NCBI GenBank assembly: GCA_030673805.1
Contig: DAOVIH010000001.1
Location: 1-55,093 of the forward strand
DNA: 55,093 nucleotides
Direction of reading: 5' to 3'
DNA from: Candidatus Bathyarchaeota archaeon
GTDB lineage: Archaea; Thermoproteota; Bathyarchaeia; Bathyarchaeales; Bathycorpusculaceae
The notes beneath the pieces were generated by a model, which was given only the letters and a program-made list of their open reading frames with translations, had not been told where the DNA came from and did no database searches. Below are positions 9,147 through 18,556 of this stretch, piece after piece; within the stretch, counting starts at the first letter, position 1, and every line of letters begins with the position of its first letter. Position numbers and translations under genes: made by a program.

Positions 9147-9752
9147 ATTACAAGGATTTCAATCATTGATTATGGAGTGGGTAATCTTCTTAGCCTAAAA
9201 TTTGCTTTTCAGAAAGTTGGTCTGAAACCAGAAGTTGGACTTGACAGATCACAGATAAAAAATGCTGATGCCATTGCGATTCCTGGTGTTGGAAGTTTCC
9301 AAACTGCTACAAAGAAACTAGATCAGGTAAGAGACTTAATTATAGATTTGGCCGGTGGTGGCATTCCAGTCATTGGAATATGTTTAGGCATGCAACTTTT
9401 CTTTCCAGAAAGTGAAGAGGGGGGAGGCCAAGGATTAGGTCTTTTCAAGGGAAAAAACGTTAGGTTGCCAAATTATGTAAAAGTCCCACATATGGGTTGG
9501 AACTCACTAAAGATAATTAAACAAAACAAAATCTTAGAGGGTGTTAATGACGGATCATATGTTTATTTTGTCCACTCCTTATTTCCAGAACCCACCGAAA
9601 GGAACATCGTCTGCACGGAAACAAATTATGGAAAAACTTTCGCTTCAACAATCGCGAAAAAAAACGTTTATGGCACCCAATTCCATCCTGAAAAGTCAGG
9701 AGATATAGGACTGAAAATTCTGAGGAATTTTGCTCAGATAGTGGCCCGGTGA
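9147..9752 (+). CDS. hisH: Imidazole glycerol phosphate synthase, glutamine amidotransferase subunit (start codon unresolved)
   Basis: The motifs GICLGMQL (catalytic Cys), VPHMGWN and FHPEKS match HisH. The conserved N-terminal ISIIDYGVGN is encoded at 9156-9185, upstream of the first canonical start (GTG 9177). I extend the call to ATT 9147, immediately after the hisB TGA. Confidence 0.88.
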   Translation: MTRISIIDYGVGNLLSLKFAFQKVGLKPEVGLDRSQIKNADAIAIPGVGSFQTATKKLDQVRDLIIDLAGGGIPVIGICLGMQLFFPESEEGGGQGLGLFKGKNVRLPNYVKVPHMGWNSLKIIKQNKILEGVNDGSYVYFVHSLFPEPTERNIVCTETNYGKTFASTIAKKNVYGTQFHPEKSGDIGLKILRNFAQIVAR

Positions 9753-9758
9753 AATTGT

Positions 9759-10490
9759 ATGCTAATAATCCCTGCCATTGACTTGATGAAAGGTAAAGTG
9801 GTTAGGTTGAGGAGGGGTGACCCGAAGACTGCAAAGGATTACGACTATCTTGGTGATCCAGTGCAAATAGCAGAGAAGTGGAAAGAAGAAGGAGCTAAAA
9901 AACTCCATATAATCGATTTGGACGCAGCATTGAATACTGGGGACAACCTTCAAATCATCCAAGAAATAGCCAAAACAGTAGATTTGCCCATCCAAGTAGG
10001 TGGCGGAATACGCAACATCGAAACTGTCGAAAGAATGATCAGCTTGGGAGCAAGTGACGTGATATTGGGTTCCTTGGCATTCAAGAACCCAAAAGCAATA
10101 ATCCAATTAACGAAGAAGTTTGGCCAAGAATTCATAATTGTTGCCTTAGACAATAAGAACGGGGAAATTATGGTTGATGGATGGAAAACTGGGACAGAGG
10201 TTAGTATCGAAAAGGCACTCAAAAGTTTCATAGGACTCCGGATTAATACTTTTTTGATTACCTCGGTAGCTAGAGATGGTACTCTTGCGGGACCCGACAT
10301 AGACACCCTTACTAAGGTATGCCTTCACTCCGATGTTAAGGTGATAGCGGCAGGGGGAATAGGCTGCCTAATGGATTTGATAGTTCTCAAGAGAATCGGC
10401 GTGGAAGGAGTGGTGGTGGGAAAAGCACTATACGAAGGCCGATTTACACTTCGACAGGCCTTAAAAACTGTAGCGGAGGGTCTGAGATAG
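9759..10490 (+). CDS. hisA: ProFAR isomerase
   Basis: The motifs [32 protein letters not shown] and [10 protein letters not shown] match HisA. Confidence 0.95.
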   Translation: MLIIPAIDLMKGKVVRLRRGDPKTAKDYDYLGDPVQIAEKWKEEGAKKLHIIDLDAALNTGDNLQIIQEIAKTVDLPIQVGGGIRNIETVERMISLGASDVILGSLAFKNPKAIIQLTKKFGQEFIIVALDNKNGEIMVDGWKTGTEVSIEKALKSFIGLRINTFLITSVARDGTLAGPDIDTLTKVCLHSDVKVIAAGGIGCLMDLIVLKRIGVEGVVVGKALYEGRFTLRQALKTVAEGLR

Positions 10491-11293
10491 TGCCACTCGC
10501 AAAACGCGTCATTCCTTGTTTGGATGTAAACCACGGCAAAGTGGTGAAGGGAATAAACTTTGTGAACCTAAGAGATGCTGGACACCCTGTTGATTTGGCA
10601 AAGCGCTACTCAGATGAAGGTGCGGATGAATTAGTTTTCCTCGACATAACAGCATCGTCAGAGAAACGAGAAATACTCAGGGAAACTGTAAAAAGCGTAG
10701 CGAAAGCCATAAGCATTCCGTTCACTGTTGGTGGAGGAATAAACAACGTTTCAGATGCACGACTTGTTCTTTGCAACGGAGCAGACAAAGTATCTGTAAA
10801 CACTGCGGCAGTTAGAGATCCCTCAATAATAACAGAACTTGCCGAAGTCTTTGGACAACAATGTGTGGTAATAGCAATAGACGCAAAAAGAAGAAAGGAA
10901 GATAGACCAGACGCAATCACAGTGGAAACTCCGGAAGGCAAAGTGTGGTTTGAAGTCTACACATACGGTGGGAGAAACCCAACAGGCATAGACGCCATTA
11001 GATGGGCTATTCAGGCTGCAGGGCTTGGAGCTGGAGAGTTTCTGGTAACTTCCATGGACAAAGATGGCACAGAAGACGGTTTTGATTTGGAACTAACACG
11101 TAAAGTTTCTGAGAGTGTTAACGTTCCAGTTATCGCAAGTGGAGGAGCGGGAATCCCTGAGCATTTTCTAGAAGCTTTCACATTCGGAAAAGCCGACGCT
11201 GCTCTAGCAGCATCAGTTTTCCATTATAGCAAATACCCTGTTCCAATCGTTAAAGAATACCTTCGAAAAAAGGGGGTGATTATTAGACCTTGA
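10490..11293 (+). CDS. hisF: Imidazole glycerol phosphate synthase, cyclase subunit
   Basis: The motifs [35 protein letters not shown] and ASVFHY match HisF. The GTG start overlaps the hisA stop (TAGTG). Confidence 0.95.
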   Translation: MPLAKRVIPCLDVNHGKVVKGINFVNLRDAGHPVDLAKRYSDEGADELVFLDITASSEKREILRETVKSVAKAISIPFTVGGGINNVSDARLVLCNGADKVSVNTAAVRDPSIITELAEVFGQQCVVIAIDAKRRKEDRPDAITVETPEGKVWFEVYTYGGRNPTGIDAIRWAIQAAGLGAGEFLVTSMDKDGTEDGFDLELTRKVSESVNVPVIASGGAGIPEHFLEAFTFGKADAALAASVFHYSKYPVPIVKEYLRKKGVIIRP

Positions 11294-11637
11294 CTAAGGA
11301 AGAAATTATTCAAAAACTTGATTTCAAAAAATGTAAGGGGCTCATTCCTGTGGTTGTCCAAGACGCCAAGTCCAAGGAGATACTCATGGTAGCTTACACC
11401 AACTCGGTAGCACTAGAGAAGACCCTTAGCACGGGTTACGCCCATTACTGGAGTCGATCGCGAGACAAGCTATGGAAGAAGGGAGAGACCTCAGGTCACA
11501 CACAAAGAATTAACAAGATCCTCATGGATTGTGACTATGACACATTGTTGTTCATTGTAGAACAGAAAGGAAACACCTGTCACACCGGAGCAGATACTTG
11601 TTTCCACAACCAAGTAGAGGTAGCTAGCACTTTTTAA
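11290..11637 (+). CDS. hisI: Phosphoribosyl-AMP cyclohydrolase (monofunctional; no HisE domain)
   Basis: The motifs [36 protein letters not shown] and CHTG match HisI. The protein is 115 aa. The TTG start overlaps the hisF stop (TTGA). Confidence 0.9.
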   Translation: MTKEEIIQKLDFKKCKGLIPVVVQDAKSKEILMVAYTNSVALEKTLSTGYAHYWSRSRDKLWKKGETSGHTQRINKILMDCDYDTLLFIVEQKGNTCHTGADTCFHNQVEVASTF

Positions 11638-11697
11638 GAAATCAAGATCCATATTGTTAGTACACACAAACCGTGTCCAATAACGGGTGAAGATTGG

Positions 11698-12753
11698 ATG
11701 CCTCTACATGAAGCCATGCTTTATAAAAAACTAAGTGAAAACCGAGTGAAATGCCATTTGTGTGGCCGGAGATGCCTAATAGCCGAAGGTGCGATAGGTT
11801 TCTGTTTGGTAAGAAAGAATGAGGGAGGAACCCTTTATTCACTAAATTACGGTGAAGCAATATCTGCTTGCGTGGATCCATTGAGCAAGAAACCCCTTTC
11901 CCATTTTAACCCCGGAGCGCTGGTCATGTCTATTGCGGGAGCAGGCTGCAATTTTCGATGTAGGTTCTGCGACAATTGGATGATAAGTCAATCCAAAAAA
12001 GCCAAAGGAAAAAAGTTTTCACCAGAAGATGTGGTGAAAGCAGCTGGAAAAAACAATTGCCAAGGAATAAGTTACACCTACACTGAGCCAACAATATTTA
12101 TGGAGTATGCCTTCGACATAGCAAAGCTTGCTCACCAAGTGGGATTTTTCAATACATTCGTAACCAATGGGTATATGACACCTATCGCTGCGAGAACAAT
12201 TTCACCTTATTTGGATGCAGCAACAATTGATTTTAAAGGCGGAGCTGATCCGGAGTTCTACAAAACTTATTCATCAGTTCCAGATGTTGACCCAATTTAC
12301 GAAGCACTAAAGGAATTAAATAGAAACGGAGTTCATTTAGAAATTACAAACTTGGTTATTCCTAAAATCGGAGACTCAATTGAAAGAATTAGAGAATTAG
12401 CAACATGGATAAGAGATGTTCTGGGGGAGGATACTCCATTCCATCTTCTACGTTTTCACCCTGATTACAAGATGACTCGTACCCCTACTACATTAGTTGA
12501 AACCTTGGAAAAGGCGTACATGGCCGCAAAGAGTGCGGGATTGAACTATGTGTACATTGGAAATGTACCTGGTCACCCAGCTGAGAACACATACTGTCCA
12601 AAATGCAATGAACTTCTGATCAAGCGGCACAGTTTCGAAATTACCAAATGGAACTTGACAAAAGAAACAACATGTCCAGTTTGCGGAAATGCAATCCCTA
12701 TTAAGGGGAAACTTCATTCAAGAGGATATTCGTTCCCTTACGCCTTGTTTTAA
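11698..12753 (+). CDS. Radical SAM enzyme, AmmeMemoRadiSam-system (AmrS) / PFL-activase-like
   Basis: The N-terminus reads KCHLCGRRCLIAEGAIGFCLVRKN. The radical SAM motif is GCNFRCRFCDNW, and a C-terminal CPKC...CPVCG is present. A GGTGA SD precedes the ATG. Confidence 0.8.
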   Translation: MPLHEAMLYKKLSENRVKCHLCGRRCLIAEGAIGFCLVRKNEGGTLYSLNYGEAISACVDPLSKKPLSHFNPGALVMSIAGAGCNFRCRFCDNWMISQSKKAKGKKFSPEDVVKAAGKNNCQGISYTYTEPTIFMEYAFDIAKLAHQVGFFNTFVTNGYMTPIAARTISPYLDAATIDFKGGADPEFYKTYSSVPDVDPIYEALKELNRNGVHLEITNLVIPKIGDSIERIRELATWIRDVLGEDTPFHLLRFHPDYKMTRTPTTLVETLEKAYMAAKSAGLNYVYIGNVPGHPAENTYCPKCNELLIKRHSFEITKWNLTKETTCPVCGNAIPIKGKLHSRGYSFPYALF

Positions 12754-12787
12754 TACTCGCAGAGTTATTTTTTACAATCAGAGTGTA

Positions 12788-13873
12788 ATGTGGTATCGCT
12801 CAGACACCTCATGGGTTTTTGATGACGAAAATGTACGAAAAAGCTTAGGAAGATACCTAGCTGTAATGAAGAACGAAAAAACTTCAAAATTTATGATGGC
12901 AAGACAGCTTCCAGCCGAATTCAAAAGCAGCGATTCGATGATAGAGCTATGGAAAGAACATGTTACGTACACAGACGAATTCTACAAGACTGAGCATGAA
13001 GCTGACTTGGGCAAAACATTTTTTGAGGAAAAACTTACTCCGCGTAAATCATATTTTGACCTGAAGATTGAAATTGCCTCACGGATTTTAGAGAAATGTC
13101 ACCTATGCAAGCGCAGATGTTTGGTTAACAGGAAAAAAGGCGAGGTTGGATATTGTAAATGCGGAAATGAAATTGCGGTCTCAAGCATTTTTCATCATCT
13201 AGGGGAAGAACCTGAACTAGTGCCTTCCGGAACCATCTTCACGATGGGGTGTACAATGCGCTGCCTTCATTGTCAGAACTGGAGAATCGCAAATTGGATA
13301 GAAAAAGGAGCTCTGTGCACCCCAAAAGAGCTTTCAGAAGAAGTTAAGCGATTGCGCCTAAGTGGATGCAGAAACGCAAACCTTGTAGGTGGAGATCCAA
13401 CGCCTTGGCTCTTGCAATGGCTTCAAACATTCAAACAAGTGTCCGTAAATATTCCTGTAGTTTGGAACTCAAACGCCTATTATAGCCACGAAACAGCGCA
13501 CCTACTGGCAGGGTTCGCCGATGTTTACCTATTAGACTTCAAGTACGGCCCAGGCGAGTGTGCAGAGAGAATCTCTGAAGCACCAAACTATTGGAGGATG
13601 TGCACTTCCAATCATTTAGAAGCCAGCAAGAATGGAGAACTGATAATACGCGTGCTAGTCCTGCCTAACCATTTAGAATGCTGCACAGGACCAATATTGA
13701 ACTGGATAGCTAGGAATTTGGGTGCAGAGATTCGGGTCAACCTCATGTACCAATATAGACCAGAGTGGCACGCCCGCAAACTGCCAGAGCTTGGGAGACG
13801 ACTTACCTTAGAGGAAAAAAGAACTGCCCAGGGACTGGCTGAAAAAGCTGGACTGAAGAACTGCATCGCTTAG
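12788..13873 (+). CDS. Radical SAM enzyme, PflX-like (PFL-activase homolog)
   Basis: KCHLCKRRCLVNRKKGEVGYCKCG is followed by GCTMRCLHCQNW (CxxxCxxC). I chose the ATG at 12788, after the upstream stop, rather than the ORF-track start at 12689. Confidence 0.7.
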   Translation: MWYRSDTSWVFDDENVRKSLGRYLAVMKNEKTSKFMMARQLPAEFKSSDSMIELWKEHVTYTDEFYKTEHEADLGKTFFEEKLTPRKSYFDLKIEIASRILEKCHLCKRRCLVNRKKGEVGYCKCGNEIAVSSIFHHLGEEPELVPSGTIFTMGCTMRCLHCQNWRIANWIEKGALCTPKELSEEVKRLRLSGCRNANLVGGDPTPWLLQWLQTFKQVSVNIPVVWNSNAYYSHETAHLLAGFADVYLLDFKYGPGECAERISEAPNYWRMCTSNHLEASKNGELIIRVLVLPNHLECCTGPILNWIARNLGAEIRVNLMYQYRPEWHARKLPELGRRLTLEEKRTAQGLAEKAGLKNCIA

Positions 13874-13926
13874 CTTCAGGCTGCAACTTCATCCCGATTG
13901 CCCACAGAAAGTAGGTTGTCAATGAA

Positions 13927-14832
13927 TTGAGAAGTGACAGACAGAGAGAAAACAAGAAGTGCATTTTCCCGGAAAAGTGTGGAAAAACGATAGAGTTCCA
14001 AGCTTTACCAGTGAAGACTGAATATTGGAAACCTGGAGAAGACTATCTCGATTTGATCACCAAAAAGTTGGCTAAAAGATTGGAGGATGGATATTACGTA
14101 GTTGTTTCAGAGAAAGCGCTTTCAACAGCTTCGGGAAAGTTGATTGACGAAAGCACAGTTGTTCCAAGGTTGAATTCAAGTTTTATTGCCAGATTTTGGA
14201 TGCGATTGGTCTGGGGGTACCTCTTAGGGGTAGTATGCCATCTTCAACAGAAGTTATTGAATAGGCTTAGAAATTATCCGCGGGAAGCAGGTAGTCGTCA
14301 TAAACAGATTGCACTGCAATATGCAGGTTTTTTGCAGGCATTAATGTTCGGCTCTGAAGGCGGTATTGATGGATCCAACTTGCCATATTCTTTCGTGAGC
14401 TTACCATTGAATGATGCCAAAGAAAAAGCAGAAGAGATCCAGCAAGAAATTTGGCAGAAACTTCACAAACACGTGACAGTGATGATTGTGGACACTGACA
14501 AAACCTATTCATTCAGAAACTTTCATTTTTCAACTAGACCGGGACCCATCGAGGGTATACAATCGTCTGGTGGAATTGTTGTTTACGTTATAGGCCGAAT
14601 GCTGAAATTGAGAAAAAGGCCAACACCATTGGCAATAACTGGAGGCGCATTACCATTGGAAGAAGCATTGAAAATTGCTAGCATATCGGATAGAAGAAGA
14701 GGCACCGGGTCAGGCGCAACCGTATGGGATATGGCGGAAAGATTCAATGTTAGAGTGACTGAAGTCAGCTGGAAGATGCTGCAAAAAATTGAACATACAC
14801 CAATGATAATCGTAAGAAAGAAGACTAATTGA
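13927..14832 (+). CDS. CofE-like (F420-0:gamma-glutamyl ligase family) protein
   Basis: PVKTEYWKPGEDYLDLI, YVVVSEKALSTASGKLID, GGIDGSNLP and IVDTD are arranged as in the CofE fold. The assignment is from memory of the family, and the start codon is uncertain (TTG). Confidence 0.55.
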   Translation: MRSDRQRENKKCIFPEKCGKTIEFQALPVKTEYWKPGEDYLDLITKKLAKRLEDGYYVVVSEKALSTASGKLIDESTVVPRLNSSFIARFWMRLVWGYLLGVVCHLQQKLLNRLRNYPREAGSRHKQIALQYAGFLQALMFGSEGGIDGSNLPYSFVSLPLNDAKEKAEEIQQEIWQKLHKHVTVMIVDTDKTYSFRNFHFSTRPGPIEGIQSSGGIVVYVIGRMLKLRKRPTPLAITGGALPLEEALKIASISDRRRGTGSGATVWDMAERFNVRVTEVSWKMLQKIEHTPMIIVRKKTN

Positions 14833-14943
14833 AGCTACATTGTAACAAACAAATTAATCTAGATGAAACATCGGCAAAAAAAACTGTTCTTGAATAGCAA
14901 AAAATAAACGTGTAGCCTATTTCAATAGAAAACGTGAAAGACA

Positions 14944-16443
14944 ATGGATGAGACATTGGAGAAGTTGGATGTCTTTTATAATCCTCGTTCAGTAGCAGTT
15001 ATCGGAGCTTCAAAGAACATAGATAAAGCCGGGCATGTGATCTTTAAGAATTTTGCCGAAAACAAGAGAAGAGGAGTTTTTAGAGGTGAAATATACCCAA
15101 TTAACCCAAATGAAGAAAATATTCTAGGATTCAGATGTTATCCTTCAATAACTGAGGTTCCCGGAGAAATAGAACTACTTGTGATTGTTGTTCCAGCAAG
15201 AATTGTACCCGAAATTATGAAGGAGGCAGTGAACAAAAAGGTTAGAGCTATTGTGATAATCAGTTCAGGTTTTGGAGAGGTCGGAAACAAAGAACTTGAA
15301 GACCAAGTGGTGCGTATTGCGAGAAAAGGTGGAATACGGGTTTTGGGGCCCAACTGTCTAGGTGTGTATTACTCAAAGAGCGGAGTTGACACACTATTTC
15401 TTCCCGAAACAAAAATTCTGGCAACAGGAGATGAGATTATTGCCACCCCAAGACCAATGCTCGGAGAGATTGCTATAGTCACTCAAAGTGGAGCCTTCGG
15501 TGTTGCAGCTCTAGACTATTTGACTGGGCGTCAAATTGGAATCAGCAAATTCGCGAGCTTTGGAAATAAATGTGACGTAACCGAAGCGGAAATGCTTCAT
15601 TATTTATCATATGACGAAGAGACCAAAGTCATACTACTCTATGTTGAAGACATAAAAGCTGGAAGAGAATTCTTGAGAATAGCCAAGAAAGTCAGCCTAA
15701 AGAAGCCAATTGTCGCCCTCAAAGCTGGAAGAAGCAACGCTGGGGCAAGAGCTGCCGCTTCTCATACGGGCGCTATTGCTGGATCAGACAGAATCTATGA
15801 TGCAGCCTTTGAACAAGCAGGAGTCAGAAGAGCAAAGGACATGGAAGATTTTTTTGATTCGGGTAAAGCCTTAGCCATGCAACCACCAGCTGTGGGCAAT
15901 AATATTGGGGTACTTACTGACGCTGGCGGCCCAGGTATCTTAGCTGTGGACGAATGTGAACTTGGAGGTTTGACCGTTAAGCGTTTTTCGCAAGAAACAA
16001 TTCAGGAGTTCCAGAGACTTAAGAGTGAGGGCGTTCTACCCAAGTTCGCCTCAACAACTAACCCGGTTGACCTCACAGGGTCCGTGACTGACGAGATGTT
16101 CGAGATTGCGGCTGAGATAATGTTTCGAGATCCAGAGGTTCATGGCATAATTCTTCTTGGATTGCATCATTTACCAGCTTTGCGGGAAAAATACATTGAT
16201 GAAGTAGCAAAAATCTCCGGTAAATACAGAAAGCCAATTGTGGCCTGCGATATTGGAGAAACTGAAATGGCCTTGTACACGCGGTTCAGATTTGACAAAC
16301 TAGGAATACCATCTTATTCCTCTCCAGAAGATGCTGCAAGGGCAATGAAATCTCTAGTACGCTATGGAGCATACCTGAAAAAAAACAAATGTTTTGAAAA
16401 CTACACGGAAGAATTCTTGAAGAAAAAGCGTAAATATCCCTGA
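14944..16443 (+). CDS. Acetyl-CoA synthetase (ADP-forming), alpha subunit / CoA-binding domain protein
   Basis: FYNPRSVAVIGASKNIDKAGHVIFKNF (CoA-binding), GPNCLGV, and SHTGAIAGS with the phosphohistidine-type motif are present. There is no ATP-grasp beta domain. Confidence 0.8.
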   Translation: MDETLEKLDVFYNPRSVAVIGASKNIDKAGHVIFKNFAENKRRGVFRGEIYPINPNEENILGFRCYPSITEVPGEIELLVIVVPARIVPEIMKEAVNKKVRAIVIISSGFGEVGNKELEDQVVRIARKGGIRVLGPNCLGVYYSKSGVDTLFLPETKILATGDEIIATPRPMLGEIAIVTQSGAFGVAALDYLTGRQIGISKFASFGNKCDVTEAEMLHYLSYDEETKVILLYVEDIKAGREFLRIAKKVSLKKPIVALKAGRSNAGARAAASHTGAIAGSDRIYDAAFEQAGVRRAKDMEDFFDSGKALAMQPPAVGNNIGVLTDAGGPGILAVDECELGGLTVKRFSQETIQEFQRLKSEGVLPKFASTTNPVDLTGSVTDEMFEIAAEIMFRDPEVHGIILLGLHHLPALREKYIDEVAKISGKYRKPIVACDIGETEMALYTRFRFDKLGIPSYSSPEDAARAMKSLVRYGAYLKKNKCFENYTEEFLKKKRKYP

Positions 16444-16444
16444 A

Positions 16445-16831
16445 CTAAAAAGTAACCGCAACCGTTACTTCATCACCGTCTTGCAGTTGAAGTTGTTTTC
16501 TGAGATACGCTGGAGAAATAATTTCCACAATATTCAAAGGATAGCCTGAGATTTCGGGAATTACTATCGCGCATTCTATGTTATATAGAAACGCTTTGAA
16601 GATCTTTCCTCCGGAGTATCCTTCAGCTGGACAGAGTCTAATTGGGGTTGCTTTTTCCAATGCTCTCTGCCGCTTCTTGTTCTCTTTTGAGAGCAGTATG
16701 TTTAAGGTTCCCGGATACGGAGTAAAGCCAAGTTTGTTCACTATCTGTTTCATAACCCACGGTAATTCAAGGAATTTTGCGGCTTCACCCTGCCCGGAAG
16801 AAACTTCACCTTTCAGGTTAATTGTTCCCAA
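16445..16831 (-). CDS. ribK: CTP-dependent riboflavin kinase (archaeal type)
   Basis: GEVSSGQGEAAKFLELPWVMKQ...GFTPYPGTLNI matches the archaeal RibK/DUF120 pattern. Confidence 0.8.
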   Translation of the reverse strand: MGTINLKGEVSSGQGEAAKFLELPWVMKQIVNKLGFTPYPGTLNILLSKENKKRQRALEKATPIRLCPAEGYSGGKIFKAFLYNIECAIVIPEISGYPLNIVEIISPAYLRKQLQLQDGDEVTVAVTF

Positions 16832-16892
16832 CGTTCATCATAACCAGTAACAACACAGTCCTACCAAACCAAAAAATAGTCTCATTATTGCA

Positions 16893-17264
16893 TTATTTCT
16901 GTTTTTTCAGCCACTGTGCAACTCTTTTAAGAGTAGAGTTGGATGAAATATCTATTACTGGAACTATCATTTTTTCTTTTGTTTCTATTGTTGGGCTGTA
17001 CTTTGGCATGAGTGCATGCCCTACAAAGGTCCAATAGACTCTACGTTTTTCCACCAACTCCTCCGCAATTGTGGGCGTTGAAGCGGGGAGGGGAAAATAC
17101 AAGAACACTACGCCGTCGGACCAGTATAACCCGGTAAGTTTGCCTCCCGCAATAACTGAAGTGAAACGAGCCATCATTTCGGGTGATGAAAAAAGAGTGC
17201 GCTCTAAAACCACAATCTCTTTAAAAGGTTCATACTTAACTTTGACTCCGCCTTCATCCATCAA
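16893..17264 (-). CDS. Hypothetical protein (123 aa)
   Basis: This is a clean ORF co-oriented with ribK. No family recognised. Confidence 0.45.
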   Translation of the reverse strand: MMDEGGVKVKYEPFKEIVVLERTLFSSPEMMARFTSVIAGGKLTGLYWSDGVVFLYFPLPASTPTIAEELVEKRRVYWTFVGHALMPKYSPTIETKEKMIVPVIDISSNSTLKRVAQWLKKQK

Positions 17265-17385
17265 ACTCCACCGCTAACAATATTCGTTGTAAGTTCCCTT
17301 TTAATTTTGTTGAAATTTTAGAAAAAGTTATAGAGTAGACAAATGTTAAGCCTTCCCTAAATAATAGTCACCAGAGGTTGTTGAT

Positions 17386-18465
17386 TTGCCAGAAATCCGT
17401 GTAGCGATTGTAGGGGTTGGGAACAGTGCATCGGCGCTTATCCAAGGAGTACATTATTACCAAAATGCAAAGGAAGACACTTCAGTACCAGGACTGATGC
17501 ATGTAAATTTCGGAGGATACCACATAAGGGACGTAAAGTTCGTGGCTGCATTTGATGTGAACAAAGACAAAATCGGGAAAGATTTGTCTGAAGCCATATT
17601 TCTTGAGCCAAATTGTTGCGTTAAATTTGCAGATGTTCCTTTCTTGAATGTTGAGGTTTATCCCGGGCCAGTCTTGGATGGTGTTGCAAAACACATGGAA
17701 GAGACTTTTCGTGTTTACGACGAGAGGAAAATGAAGTGTGCTGATGTAGCTGAGGTTCTGAGAGAAACAGGAGCGGACTTGCTTATCAACTACTTGCCTG
17801 TTGGAAGCAAAAGTGCTACGCGCTTTTACGCTCAAGCCGCTTTGGAAGCTGGAGTTGCTTTCATTAACTGCATGCCAGAGTTTATCGCCTCGGATAAAAA
17901 ATGGAGCCAAAAATTTGAAGACGCAGGTCTTCCTGTTGCTGGAGACGACATAAAAAGTCAGGTTGGAGCAACGATCTTGCATAGAAATCTTGTAAAGCTA
18001 TGTTTGGATAGAGGAGTCATAGTTGGGGAAACATACCAGTTGAATCTAGGGGGGGATACGGATTTCTTGAACATGACAGTGGAAGATAGGCTAATAACAA
18101 AAAGAATAAGCAAAACTGAAGCGGTCACTAGTCTAGTTCCCTATAAATTGCCAACACGAATAGGCCCTTCTGACTATGTTCATTTCTTAAAGAACAAAAA
18201 AATATGCTACATAAATCTCAAAGGCAGGAAGTTTGGTGACCGCCCTATAGAAATCAACGTTAAACTTGAAGTTGAAGACTCACCTAACAGTGCTGGAGTA
18301 GTTATTGACTTGGTTAGAGCTGTGAAGATAGCTCTGGACAGAAAAATATCAGGCGCTTTGATAAGTGTCTCTTCATACGCTTTCAAGCATCCGCCAATTC
18401 AGGTGCCTGATTCCACGGCTAAGCAGTGGGTTGAAGACTACATCTCAGGTGTAAGAAAGCGCTGA
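17386..18465 (+). CDS. ino1: myo-Inositol-1-phosphate (inositol-3-phosphate) synthase
   Basis: The motifs IRVAIVGVGNSASALIQGVHYY, VPGLMHVNFGGYHIRDVKFVAAFDV, GDDIKSQVGATILHR, SKTEAVTS and DSPNSAGVVIDLVRA match the short Ino1 type. The start is TTG, preceded by a GAGGT SD. Confidence 0.9.
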   Translation: MPEIRVAIVGVGNSASALIQGVHYYQNAKEDTSVPGLMHVNFGGYHIRDVKFVAAFDVNKDKIGKDLSEAIFLEPNCCVKFADVPFLNVEVYPGPVLDGVAKHMEETFRVYDERKMKCADVAEVLRETGADLLINYLPVGSKSATRFYAQAALEAGVAFINCMPEFIASDKKWSQKFEDAGLPVAGDDIKSQVGATILHRNLVKLCLDRGVIVGETYQLNLGGDTDFLNMTVEDRLITKRISKTEAVTSLVPYKLPTRIGPSDYVHFLKNKKICYINLKGRKFGDRPIEINVKLEVEDSPNSAGVVIDLVRAVKIALDRKISGALISVSSYAFKHPPIQVPDSTAKQWVEDYISGVRKR

Positions 18466-18556
18466 TTTGAGTTCCAGCGTTTGTTAAGAATGATGCTATT
18501 TCAACCTTAAAGTTCATAACCACCAGGGTGCATACTACCTGTAAAGGTGAGTATTC

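Noticed and set aside
12689-12787. N-terminal extension of the PflX-like ORF overlapping the end of the AmrS-like gene
   Set aside because: The extension lies within the upstream coding region in another frame. The ATG at 12788, after the upstream stop, gives a sensible protein.
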